Source: Candidatus Adlerbacteria bacterium (GTDB lineage Bacteria > Patescibacteriota > Minisyncoccia > Phycocordibacterales > SBAW01). From it: a stretch of 64,000 bases of DNA. This document shows positions 53,104 to 62,266 of the stretch, piece by piece. The first letter of the stretch is position 1. Every line of letters starts with the position of its first letter. The notes beneath the pieces are model-generated. The model worked only from the letters and a program-made list of their open reading frames with translations, was not told the DNA's origin and searched no databases. A program made the translations under genes and the position numbers. The DNA lies in the NCBI GenBank assembly GCA_027451965.1, contig DAIDHJ010000001.1, positions 87,639 through 151,638 on the forward strand, written 5' to 3'.

Positions 53104-53963
53104 ACATTTCCTGGCTCAGTACTCTTAAAAAGTATACCGTCTCCTTGAAATTGTTGAGCAATATTTGTGAACACTCGATTTTCTTCTGAGATCAGAGAAC
53201 TAAATTGATTGAGTGATATCATTCCTCGTAATGGATCACTCAGTAGGGTTTCCATGCCGACAATATTTTCTGCAGCTCCTTCAAAATCATTCACGATTAT
53301 CAAATGAAGCGGTACCACTGTTTGTGGTACTGGAACTTTAAGTAAGGCTTGTGCTAATGTTTTGTATTGTTTTGCAAGTGGAGGAAGCGCTTGTAGTGCT
53401 TTTGGATCATTGTTATCTGCTGCATTTCCAACCGCTTCAAGTACGGCGAAAGAATTTGCGCCTGTATATTGCTGCATAATTGTCATCACTTCGTTTCCAT
53501 ATGCATGCAAGTTTGCATTTGAACTGCTTACTATAGTGAGATCTTGTTGTGTGTAGGTTACTGAAGCACTTTTAGGGATTTGAGCAGTTGCATCAGCAAG
53601 AATGGCTTGCTGTGTAGGAGTATCATTACCAAGTCCTTGTGATTGTGCGTTAGTAAGTTCAATCAGGAGAGTTCGTCCTACTGTATCCGTCAAATTAGCT
53701 GTCTGCGCTTCTTTAAGAATTTGATTTATATCTGACTGACTTACTGGTTGTGGAAGGCTAGAAGAAGCATTTTGTGCCTGTATAGTAGCAAGTGTGTCTT
53801 GCCAAGAACTTGTATCAGTAGGAGTATTTGCCACTCCAATATTTCCTGCTGTTTGCGGTTCGGTAATACGCTGAGCAGCGTACACTAACCCAGTAGCCAA
53901 AAGGAGTGAGCCGACAATCAAAATAAATTGTGTACTGGGTAAATAACGCTGAAATGACTTCAC
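53073..53963 (-). CDS. N-terminally anchored hypothetical protein, first gene of the T4SS-like operon (VirB8-like topology, unproven)
   Basis: Short cytoplasmic N-terminus, one TM (FILIVGSLLLATGLVYAA), ~260-aa extracytoplasmic domain. Confidence 0.4.
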   Translation of the reverse strand: MKSFQRYLPSTQFILIVGSLLLATGLVYAAQRITEPQTAGNIGVANTPTDTSSWQDTLATIQAQNASSSLPQPVSQSDINQILKEAQTANLTDTVGRTLLIELTNAQSQGLGNDTPTQQAILADATAQIPKSASVTYTQQDLTIVSSSNANLHAYGNEVMTIMQQYTGANSFAVLEAVGNAADNNDPKALQALPPLAKQYKTLAQALLKVPVPQTVVPLHLIIVNDFEGAAENIVGMETLLSDPLRGMISLNQFSSLISEENRVFTNIAQQFQGDGILFKSTEPGNVWNVFLPPTP

Positions 53964-53986
53964 TTCTTTAGTATACTATTAAAAGT

Positions 53987-54346
53987 ATGCGATTCCCTTC
54001 TTATTTTTTTCTCTCCCTCATATTGGTAGTCGTTCTGATGGTGCCAACCTATACATTTGCTGCATTTGGTTTTTCATTTGGGGGTAAAATTACTTCTCCG
54101 CCCTTACCATGCGCTAATATACCCGGTGCATTCCAAATGATGGTACTCAACGAGCTTTTGGTGCCAGTACCTATATCGGTTATTTGGGCCCCTCCGCCAC
54201 TTACTCTGACTTTTCTTGCTGGACCCCCGACTCATGTAGGGCAAACAGTACTAGGTGCTGCATCACTTACTCCTACTACCTGTGTTGTGGCTGGTATTCC
54301 TCTGCCGGGATTTCTTATGCAAATTGTTGGAACCAGTGTCTTGTAG
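53987..54346 (+). CDS. small secreted hydrophobic Pro-rich protein (119 aa), divergent from the T4SS-like operon
   Basis: Signal peptide plus two hydrophobic segments. It overlaps the ksgA 3' end on the other strand; coding status uncertain. Confidence 0.3.
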   Translation: MRFPSYFFLSLILVVVLMVPTYTFAAFGFSFGGKITSPPLPCANIPGAFQMMVLNELLVPVPISVIWAPPPLTLTFLAGPPTHVGQTVLGAASLTPTTCVVAGIPLPGFLMQIVGTSVL

Positions 54347-55111
54347 TGCAAGCGCAAGCCACTGCTCCAGTGAGATATCTTCTGCACGTGCCTGTTGTGG
54401 AATACCATCTGCTTGTAATGCTTCTGATACCTTTTCTCCAAATATCATTTCTATATTTCGTTTTAATAATTTTCGTTTTTTTCCGAATCCTGCATGTACT
54501 AGTGTAAAGAAGTGTTCCTCATGCGCTCTGTTGCTGAATCGTTTTCGCGAAATATCAGTAATACTTAGTATCGCCGAATCTACCTTAGGTGGCGGTGTGA
54601 ATGCTCCGCGTGGAACACTAGAAACGATATGCGGAATGCCATATGCTTTTACAGAAAGGGACAGAATACTTTCTTTTGTATCTCGAACAATTCGCCGCGC
54701 TACTTCTTTTTGTAATAGAAATACAATTTGTGTTGGTTGGTGTTTTGCAGTGAGAAACAGTTTCAGTAATGCTCCAGAGATATAGTAAGGAATATTTGCA
54801 ATTACTTTATATGACTGAGGAAGTTTCAGATCTGCAAGCCGTACTTCCAATATATCGGCTTCAATAATACGAAATTGTTTTTTTTGTATCTCTTTACTAA
54901 ATATAGTAGTGAGCGTAGGTATCAATCGCCGATCTTTTTCAATCGCTATGACATGAGCGCCTCGAGCAAGCAACTCCTTAGTCAACACACCTTCTCCTGG
55001 ACCGATTTCAATCACAGTATCTCCAGGGGCTACCGCACCTGCGTCAGCGATTACACGTACGTAATGTGACGAATGAAGGAAATGCTGTCCGAGCGATTTT
55101 TTCTTGTACAT
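54263..55111 (-). CDS. rsmA: 16S rRNA (adenine1518/1519-N6)-dimethyltransferase
   Basis: LGQHFL..., SAM motif VIEIGPGEGVLTKEL, NIPYYIS. Confidence 0.85.
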   Translation of the reverse strand: MYKKKSLGQHFLHSSHYVRVIADAGAVAPGDTVIEIGPGEGVLTKELLARGAHVIAIEKDRRLIPTLTTIFSKEIQKKQFRIIEADILEVRLADLKLPQSYKVIANIPYYISGALLKLFLTAKHQPTQIVFLLQKEVARRIVRDTKESILSLSVKAYGIPHIVSSVPRGAFTPPPKVDSAILSITDISRKRFSNRAHEEHFFTLVHAGFGKKRKLLKRNIEMIFGEKVSEALQADGIPQQARAEDISLEQWLALALQDTGSNNLHKKSRQRNTSHNTGSRSK

Positions 55112-55114
55112 AGT

Positions 55115-57010
55115 TTAATCGATATAAATATCCTCCTCATTGTTTTTATTCGGTTGCTGGTAGTACAGGAGTGCTTCTGGTATGTCGGAGAGAAATTGCG
55201 ATGGTTCCGTAGCGAGCATGGTACCGAATACTGTACGGTATGCGGCATAGGACAAGAATACCTGTTTTTGCGCTCTGGTGAGAGCTACGTACATCAACCT
55301 CCGCTCCTCTTCTTTGTCGTCAGGACGCTCCCCTTCCTTTTCATACGGAAACAACCCTTCTTCAAGGCCGGTGATAAATACATACGGAAATTCAAGACCT
55401 TTTGCTGCATGTACGGTCATGAGACGCACTGCGTTTGTTTCCTCCTTCAATTCATCCTGATCGCTGGCAAGTGCCGCCGCATCCAAAAACAGTTCCAAGC
55501 CTTCTTGTGGCGGATAGTGGTCATATCGCGCTGCCAATGAGACAAGTTCACGTATGTTCTCCAGGCGCTCCTGTCCTTCAATCAGATCTTTTTTATAGAG
55601 CATTTCAAGTCCGGTGTGGGTGCAGACGAAGCGAACGAGCTGTGATGGAGTAAGTGTCTTTGTCGCATCGCCAATATGCGCAAGCAATGTACGCAGCTGC
55701 GCAATAGTAGTTTTGGTGCGTAAGGGCAGTGTATCTTCTTTTCCAGAAAGCAATTTCATGAGGGTGACCTTTCCAATACCGCGTGCTGGTGTGTTCGCAA
55801 TGCGAATTAAATCTTGTGAAGTGCCGCCAAGGCTTGCGCGGATATATGACAGCACGTCCTTCACCTCTTTGCGTTCAAAGAAGCGAGTTCCAAGGACTTG
55901 ATAAGGGATCCTCCGCTGCAAAAGAGCTTCTTCCAAGGCACGTGATTGAAAATTTGCCCGATACAGCACAGCGCACATATTCGGCGCTTTCCCTTCCTTG
56001 ATCAGAGTTGCAATTGTCTCGGCAACAAACCGCGCTTCATCTGTTTCAGTAACTGCTTGATACAGTGTGATACATTCTCCTACTCCGTTACGCGTATATA
56101 GGTTTTTTTCTGGTCGAAATGTATTCTTCGCAATTACTTCGTTTGCCGCGGCAAGAATTGTCTGTGTTGATCTATAGTTTTCCTCCAGCATGACCATTTT
56201 TGTATGCGGAAATGTTTGTTCAAATGCCAGGAGATTTTTTATCTGTGCGCCACGCCAGCTGTAAATCGTTTGATCAACATCTCCCACCACACAGATATGG
56301 TGCTCTTTCCCCACGAGTAGCTGCATCAAACGTGCTTGCACGCTATTTGTATCTTGGTATTCATCGACATGTATGTAACGCCAACGATGTTGATATGCAC
56401 TGCGTACGGAAGGATGTTCTTCAAGTAATCGTACAGCGTAATACAACAAATCATCAAAATCGACCGCTACCTCTTTTCGCAAGGTATCCGCATATCTACG
56501 CCATACTGTCGCTGTGGTGTGGTCATAACTATGTTCTGTGTGCTCAGCAAATTGCTCGACCGATATTCCCTCCCCTTTCTGTCGGGAGATGCGTCCTAAC
56601 ACTGCACGTGGTTCCATTTCTTCCAGCGCTCCAACTTCTTTAAGTGCTTCCTTCACGGCGCGCAGAGAGTCATTTCGGTCATAAATCGACGGCCGGCGAG
56701 GAAATCCAAGCAGGCGTGCATGCTCTTTGATCATAAGTAGTCCTAATGAATGAAACGTGGAGACAAAGGGCGTTTCTGCTATACCCTGTTCTTTCAAAAG
56801 CAGTGCATGGATGCGTTCTCGCATTTCTGCCGCCGCCTTATTCGTAAAGGTAATCGCTAGTATCTCTCGAGGATCAATTCCTTGCTGCACAATTCGCAAA
56901 ATTCTATGAGCAATGACGCGTGTTTTTCCCGCTCCTGCTCCGGCAAGGACCAATAGCGGACCTTCCGTGGTCATCACTGCTTCTTTTTGTGCATCATTAA
57001 GCGTATCCAT
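55115..57010 (-). CDS. pcrA: ATP-dependent DNA helicase PcrA/UvrD
   Basis: LNDAQKEAVMTTEGPLLVLAGAGAGKTRVIAHRI (motif I), DEYQDTN (II), and remaining SF1 motifs; 631 aa. Confidence 0.9.
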   Translation of the reverse strand: MDTLNDAQKEAVMTTEGPLLVLAGAGAGKTRVIAHRILRIVQQGIDPREILAITFTNKAAAEMRERIHALLLKEQGIAETPFVSTFHSLGLLMIKEHARLLGFPRRPSIYDRNDSLRAVKEALKEVGALEEMEPRAVLGRISRQKGEGISVEQFAEHTEHSYDHTTATVWRRYADTLRKEVAVDFDDLLYYAVRLLEEHPSVRSAYQHRWRYIHVDEYQDTNSVQARLMQLLVGKEHHICVVGDVDQTIYSWRGAQIKNLLAFEQTFPHTKMVMLEENYRSTQTILAAANEVIAKNTFRPEKNLYTRNGVGECITLYQAVTETDEARFVAETIATLIKEGKAPNMCAVLYRANFQSRALEEALLQRRIPYQVLGTRFFERKEVKDVLSYIRASLGGTSQDLIRIANTPARGIGKVTLMKLLSGKEDTLPLRTKTTIAQLRTLLAHIGDATKTLTPSQLVRFVCTHTGLEMLYKKDLIEGQERLENIRELVSLAARYDHYPPQEGLELFLDAAALASDQDELKEETNAVRLMTVHAAKGLEFPYVFITGLEEGLFPYEKEGERPDDKEEERRLMYVALTRAQKQVFLSYAAYRTVFGTMLATEPSQFLSDIPEALLYYQQPNKNNEEDIYID

Positions 57011-57058
57011 CCTCCTACTCTACAACTTAACGCTATCCACAGCTGTCAAACGGTGAAG

Positions 57059-57086
57059 TTGACTCCCTTAGGTGCTTCGATATAGT
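57059..57086 (+). promoter_or_regulatory. candidate sigma-70 promoter TTGACT-16-TATAGT
   Basis: ttgact (57059-64), 16-nt spacer, tatagt (57081-86), upstream of the M23 peptidase gene. Confidence 0.4.
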
Positions 57087-57115
57087 GGAATAGTACCGTA
57101 CGATAGAGGATAAAT

Positions 57116-57140
57116 ATGGCTTAGTTAAGCCATTTTTTTC
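57116..57140 (+). terminator. terminator-like hairpin plus T-run in the M23 peptidase leader (possible attenuator)
   Basis: atggctta-gt-taagccat followed by ttttttt, only ~30 nt downstream of the promoter. Confidence 0.35.
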
Positions 57141-57377
57141 TGAAAACATGAAATTCCTGTTAAGAAAACGCTTATAGCATCTCACAAAACACCCCCTTTT
57201 CCGACGGTTGAGCCGTTTTTCTCGAAAAAGGCAAAAAAAGCATTATTTTACACTCTTTTTATCGGAGCAGCTTCCCTCTCGTTCCTTATTCCTGTTCTGG
57301 CAGAAGCAGATATCTTTTCGGCTACCGATGTTGTTCCTTTTTCCGATGCTTCCAGTGGTAGTTATAACTCTCAAGAC

Positions 57378-58322
57378 TTGCCACTTCCCGTTCCAGCAGT
57401 TAATACCGATCCTACCGTCGCAACCTCTGATACCTCCATTGTAGTATCAGACGGCTCTGCACTGCTTGCGCAAGCAGGTCCTGATGGTACACAGGCAGAC
57501 ATTGCAGAGCATCCAACCTCTTCGCAAATTAGCGTATACACCGTGCATTCTGGGGATACGCTTTCGAGCATTGCCAAGCTGTTCAATGTTTCAGTAAACA
57601 CGATTCGATGGGCAAACGATATTAAAGGAAACCAAATTCATGATGGTGAAACGTTGGTTATTCTGCCAATCACCGGAATACTGCATACGGTTACAAAAGG
57701 AGACACGCTAGCTTCTCTAGCAAAAACATATGGTTCGAATGCGCATGATATTGCCCAATACAACAATCTTGTAGATGGCCAAGCGCTTGCCGCTGGAGAT
57801 ACTATTATCATTCCTGATGGAGAACTGAGCGCGTTTTCCAGCGGTTCTACTGGAACAACGAGCGGTGGTAAATGGAATGTCATGCTACAGCGAGCGCGTA
57901 ACGGCGAAACAACTGCCCCTGTGCATGGTACCGGCGGCCCTGATCTTGCAAACTATTTTATTTGGCCACTTGCTGGCGGACATCTCACACAAGGGTTACA
58001 TGGATTTAATGCAGTAGATATCGGAGCACCAAAAGGAACTCCTATTTATGCAGCAGCAGCTGGCACGGTCATCATTGCGCGCGACAATGGCGGATGGAAT
58101 GGAGGATATGGAAATTATGTGGTTATTCAGCACCCGAATGGTGTTGAAACGCTGTATGCCCATGCAAGTAAAGTATTTGTCTCGGCTGGCGACACAGTCT
58201 CCCAAGGACAACAAATTGCTGCAGTAGGAAGGACAGGCGAGGCAACTGGAACACACCTTCATTTTGAAGTGCGCGGTGCGCAAAATCCATTTGGAGATCT
58301 CGCGCTTGGTCAGTCTGAATAA
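57378..58322 (+). CDS. LysM (x2) + M23 family peptidoglycan endopeptidase
   Basis: LysM YTVHSGDTLSSIAKLFNVSVNTIRWAND and HTVTKGDTLASLAKTYGSNAHDIAQYNNL. M23 HxxxD, YGNYVVIQHPNGVETLYAHAS, GTHLHFEV. The reading frame is open upstream to 57144 and encodes a signal-peptide-like KKALFYTLFIGAASLSFLIPVLAEA with no ATG/GTG/TTG, so the true start is unresolved. Confidence 0.75.
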   Translation: MPLPVPAVNTDPTVATSDTSIVVSDGSALLAQAGPDGTQADIAEHPTSSQISVYTVHSGDTLSSIAKLFNVSVNTIRWANDIKGNQIHDGETLVILPITGILHTVTKGDTLASLAKTYGSNAHDIAQYNNLVDGQALAAGDTIIIPDGELSAFSSGSTGTTSGGKWNVMLQRARNGETTAPVHGTGGPDLANYFIWPLAGGHLTQGLHGFNAVDIGAPKGTPIYAAAAGTVIIARDNGGWNGGYGNYVVIQHPNGVETLYAHASKVFVSAGDTVSQGQQIAAVGRTGEATGTHLHFEVRGAQNPFGDLALGQSE

Positions 58323-58333
58323 TGTTTAGTGGC

Positions 58334-58696
58334 TTATCCGTGTAGTACGCAGGTACGCGCTGCAGGTTGCACATCCAAACGCTCTGCCTCAATAGAGACA
58401 CCGCATATCTCGCACGTTCCATACGTCCCTTCCTCTATGCGTGCAAGCGCGTGCACAATATCTTCTCGTCGCGCTTGCAGTACATCAAGCTCATCCTGTT
58501 GCTCCTCATACTCTTCTACTCGGTCGGCAAGTTCGTCAGGCTCTGTTGCACTAGTATCTATGCTTTGCAGGCGTACTTTCCATGATTCAGTTTCAGTATC
58601 GTATATACCGAGCTCTGCTAATTCTCTTTCTACCGTGGCTAGTTCTGCAAGCAGCAGTTCTTTTGTATGCGATGTGTCCATGCTGAAAGTATACAC
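58334..58696 (-). CDS. DksA/TraR-family C4-type zinc-finger protein
   Basis: C-terminal GTYGTCEICGVSIEAERLDVQPAARTCVLH (CxxC...CxxH), coiled-coil N-terminus. Confidence 0.7.
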   Translation of the reverse strand: MYTFSMDTSHTKELLLAELATVERELAELGIYDTETESWKVRLQSIDTSATEPDELADRVEEYEEQQDELDVLQARREDIVHALARIEEGTYGTCEICGVSIEAERLDVQPAARTCVLHG

Positions 58697-59772
58697 TACT
58701 GGGTTACAGGGGCTTTGGTAAGCCGAGTAATAATCTGATGCAGTGTATCATTCGACGTGGTAATGACTAAGGTGTGCGCGTCTAAGAACGTCCACAACAG
58801 TGATGGATTCCCGGCGCTATCTACAATCTCTCTCACATCATGGTTTTGCAGTATGCCGTCTACGAATGGACTTTGTAGTACTGCCTGTGCAGTCGTGGTA
58901 CTTTGCTGTGTCGAAGCAGTCGTCGTCCCAAACAGTGGCGAAAGATCCTGTTGCATAGTCGGTTCCCAGGCGAGCATACCGGCATATGCTTGCGTATATG
59001 AATCAATAGTAAAAATCAAAAATGGTTCATTGTTTGGATACGCATATACGCCGAGTACAAATGACGGTTGCAGGGTATCTATGAGTGTTTGCGGTGCATT
59101 AGGGGCAATAATGGAGAGAAATGTTTGTGCATCCATAGCCTGCTGTCCTACAGCATCAGTAGTTACCAACAGTCGCTCTACGAGCCCAAGCGGAAGAGAG
59201 AGATGTGCACTTGCCTGAGTTAAAGTGCCAAGAGCGTCCGTTGCAGAGGTTGACGTAGCAAGTACCACCGCTTCTGTGGTATCAACAGAGATAATAGGTG
59301 TTGACGGTTGTGTTGGTGTGGGAACACTGCGTCCAGTCATGATGGCATAGAGAATTAATCCTGCAGCAGCGCTCAAAATAAGTACACCAAGCACCAGCAA
59401 GGCAGCTGTTTTTATAAACGAGGTTGCAGTGCCCGCAGTAAGCGGCTGCTGCGCGCGTCGGTTCGCTTCTGCAGCCGCAATGCTTACCACAGAAACATTA
59501 TTGCGCTCCACTGCTGCCTGAATATCCCCTTGATAGGTTTCGAGTGGTTTCACTCCTTCAACTGCGGGAGTAACTGGTTCGGGTATATCGGGTAGTTTTG
59601 GTGCGGTCGCCTGAAATGGTGTCTGTTGGTCCGCAAGTACCTCTGCCGCGTCAACACGATCTGCGCTTTGCGACGTGTGCACCTCCTTCTTTGGAAGCAG
59701 GATGGCGTCAAGGTCTATAGGTTGCCTAGTTTCCTTCTTCGGTTCTTCGTGGTTGTTCTGGTTTGGTTCCAT
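58696..59772 (-). CDS. hypothetical membrane-anchored protein (358 aa)
   Basis: One central TM (LLVLGVLILSAAAGLILYAIM). No motif. Confidence 0.4.
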   Translation of the reverse strand: MEPNQNNHEEPKKETRQPIDLDAILLPKKEVHTSQSADRVDAAEVLADQQTPFQATAPKLPDIPEPVTPAVEGVKPLETYQGDIQAAVERNNVSVVSIAAAEANRRAQQPLTAGTATSFIKTAALLVLGVLILSAAAGLILYAIMTGRSVPTPTQPSTPIISVDTTEAVVLATSTSATDALGTLTQASAHLSLPLGLVERLLVTTDAVGQQAMDAQTFLSIIAPNAPQTLIDTLQPSFVLGVYAYPNNEPFLIFTIDSYTQAYAGMLAWEPTMQQDLSPLFGTTTASTQQSTTTAQAVLQSPFVDGILQNHDVREIVDSAGNPSLLWTFLDAHTLVITTSNDTLHQIITRLTKAPVTQ

Positions 59773-61903
59773 GTGTGGGTTGAATGCCTTTTTTACGCAA
59801 GAAATCTGGATCTACCGCTTTAATGGAGAGATTCACGCGGCCTTTTTCGTCTATCTCTTTAATCATAACGCGTACTTGTTCTCCGATCGAAAGCACATCG
59901 CTGGGACGAGTAACGCGAAACGGTGCGATTTCAGATACATGGACAAGTCCTTCCCCGTCTTTCCCGGGACCGATACGTACAAACGCGCCAAAATCCATGA
60001 GACGGGTTACTTCCCCGTCATACACTTCTCCCGGCTTGTATTCTTTTACCAGCGCTTCTATGAGTGTTTTTGCTTTTTGTGCAGAGCCGTTTTTCCCGGT
60101 AATGAACACTGCACCGTCATCTTCAATGGTGATATCTTCTACGCCGGATGCATCTTTAATGCCGTTAATGGTCTTGCCTCCGCCGCCAATCACCAAGCCG
60201 ATTTGATCCGGACGAACGGTAAGAGTAACGATTTCAGGGGCACGAGGAGAAATATGAGCACGCGGTGCCGTGATTTCCTGTTCAATGCGATCAAGGATCT
60301 GCATGCGTGCTTTCTGTGCAGCATGAAGTGCTTCAGTAAGTATGGAGAGCGGCACGCCATCCAATTTAATATCAAGCTGAATGGCAGTGATCCCTTTGCG
60401 TGTACCAGCTACCTTGAAATCCATGTCACCAAACTCATCCTCTGGTCCTTGAATATCTGTCAGCACCTTGTAGTTCGTTTCTGATTGCATCATGAGTCCC
60501 ATAGCAATGCCGGCAACGGGGCTACTGATAGGTACACCGCCATCCATAAGCGCCAGAGTGGATGCGCATACGGAACCCATAGAAGTGGAACCATTGCTTG
60601 CCATGCATTCAGATACCAACCGTATGGTATAAGGAAACTGCTCTTTTGAAGGAATTACCGGATATAGTGCTTTTTCAGCAAGCGCTCCGTGACCGATCAT
60701 GCGTCGATTCAATCCTCCCATGCGCCCTGTTTCTCCCGAAGAAAATGGAGGAAAATTGTAGTGATGCATGAACCGCTTCTTTACTTCGTGTGCTTCCATC
60801 GTATCGATAATCTGAGAATCTTCAGGCCCTCCTAAGGTAAGGGCGGTGAACACATGGGTGCCGCCTCGATAGAAAATACCTGATCCATGAAGTACCGGAG
60901 ACATGCCGCCGGCTTTTGCAAAAAGCGGGCGCAATTCATCAAATGCTCGATTGTCAGCACGTTTTTTTTCCTGAACGGCACCCTGGTGAATGATGTTGTC
61001 CACCTGTGTCTCAAAAAACGTTTTTGCAACGGAGGAAGCAAGAGCCGGTTCTGTTTGAGCAGCTACAGCCACCCACTCTTTTTCCACCGTGTGAATGGCA
61101 TCTTTTCCAGGAATGCCGCAAAACACCGCATCTCGGAGTTTTTCTGCAAAGTTATCTGCAAACTGTTGCGTAAGGGTTGCGGGCAATGTAGGCGCTTCTA
61201 CTGCTCGCTTCGTTTTTCCGATTTCCTCTACAATGTGTTGTTGAAACTGAAGTAACTTGTCATGTTCGACAATTGCTTGCGCAAATCCTTCTGCAACTGC
61301 AGCTTCATCAAGCTCTGCTGCTGCTACTTCAATCATGTTGATCGTTCGATCTTTTCCGCAGGCAAGCACATCGAGTACCGTGTCAGGGTTCTCTCGTTGT
61401 GCGTAGGTAGGGTTCACCGTAAACGTACCGTCTCGGTGTTTTCCAATGCGCACTGCAGCTACCGGTCCATTCCAAGGAATATCGGAAGTGGCAAGTGCAA
61501 GAGAAGCTGCATTCACCGCGATAGCATCTGGATCATCCTCATCGAGGGCAAGGATGGTGATGATTACCTGGACCTCATTGCGCAGGTACTGGGGAAACAA
61601 AGGACGGATGGTTCTGTCCACCACTCTGCCGGAAAGAATCGCTTCTTCAGAAGGACGACTTTCACGGCGCATGAATCGAGAGCCTAAAATGGCTCCTGCA
61701 GCATAAAATCGCTCTTCATAATCGACAGTGAGCGGAAAATAATCAATATCATCGCGTACTCTGGTGCTCATCACCGCAGTGGCAAGCACGGCAGTGTTGC
61801 CGTATCGCAGAATCACCGATCCGTTTGCTTGCTCTGCGAGATCGGTAAATTCTGCGGTCAATGTTTTACCGCCAATCTCCGTGGAGAACGTTTTACTGTG
61901 CAT
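59726..61903 (-). CDS. pnp: polyribonucleotide nucleotidyltransferase (PNPase)
   Basis: Two RNase PH domains, KH (GPGGKTINGIKDASG) and S1 (GEVYDGEVTRLMDFGAFVRIG); 725 aa. Confidence 0.9.
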   Translation of the reverse strand: MHSKTFSTEIGGKTLTAEFTDLAEQANGSVILRYGNTAVLATAVMSTRVRDDIDYFPLTVDYEERFYAAGAILGSRFMRRESRPSEEAILSGRVVDRTIRPLFPQYLRNEVQVIITILALDEDDPDAIAVNAASLALATSDIPWNGPVAAVRIGKHRDGTFTVNPTYAQRENPDTVLDVLACGKDRTINMIEVAAAELDEAAVAEGFAQAIVEHDKLLQFQQHIVEEIGKTKRAVEAPTLPATLTQQFADNFAEKLRDAVFCGIPGKDAIHTVEKEWVAVAAQTEPALASSVAKTFFETQVDNIIHQGAVQEKKRADNRAFDELRPLFAKAGGMSPVLHGSGIFYRGGTHVFTALTLGGPEDSQIIDTMEAHEVKKRFMHHYNFPPFSSGETGRMGGLNRRMIGHGALAEKALYPVIPSKEQFPYTIRLVSECMASNGSTSMGSVCASTLALMDGGVPISSPVAGIAMGLMMQSETNYKVLTDIQGPEDEFGDMDFKVAGTRKGITAIQLDIKLDGVPLSILTEALHAAQKARMQILDRIEQEITAPRAHISPRAPEIVTLTVRPDQIGLVIGGGGKTINGIKDASGVEDITIEDDGAVFITGKNGSAQKAKTLIEALVKEYKPGEVYDGEVTRLMDFGAFVRIGPGKDGEGLVHVSEIAPFRVTRPSDVLSIGEQVRVMIKEIDEKGRVNLSIKAVDPDFLRKKGIQPTHGTKPEQPRRTEEGN

Positions 61904-62038
61904 GGATTTTCAATGTTAGGTCTCCGGATTTTAGACTTCAAATGCTATTTGAAATCTACCTATCCGAAGGCCGACGAATAATATAAAACTGTAGCAAACC
62001 ACTCTCATCGGAGCAAACAGTACGGTATACTACCTGAT

Positions 62039-62266
62039 ATGAAAACAGTACTTACTTGGGGTTCTGTAGTGCTTGGTATATTTTTTATCGGGCTTGCTGT
62101 GTATTATTGGCGCACACCCGCAGGGTTACTCCCCTCTTACTTGCCTGGCTACCTTGCCGGTTCTGCGCACGCGCATTTTAAACACGGTCTCGCGTCACTT
62201 ATTCTCGGCCTCTTTCTCTTTATCGTTGCCTGGTTCAATAGCGCACCGAAAAAATCAGTGCAATAG
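62039..62266 (+). CDS. small hypothetical membrane protein (75 aa, 2 TM)
   Basis: Hydropathy only. Confidence 0.35.
   Translation: MKTVLTWGSVVLGIFFIGLAVYYWRTPAGLLPSYLPGYLAGSAHAHFKHGLASLILGLFLFIVAWFNSAPKKSVQ

Noticed and set aside
54255-54785. Plus-strand 176-aa ORF
   Set aside because: It is entirely antisense to ksgA (strong motifs on the minus strand).
57148-57177. The 9-codon uORF MKFLLRKRL as an independent gene
   Set aside because: Too short to call; retained only as part of the peptidase leader observation.
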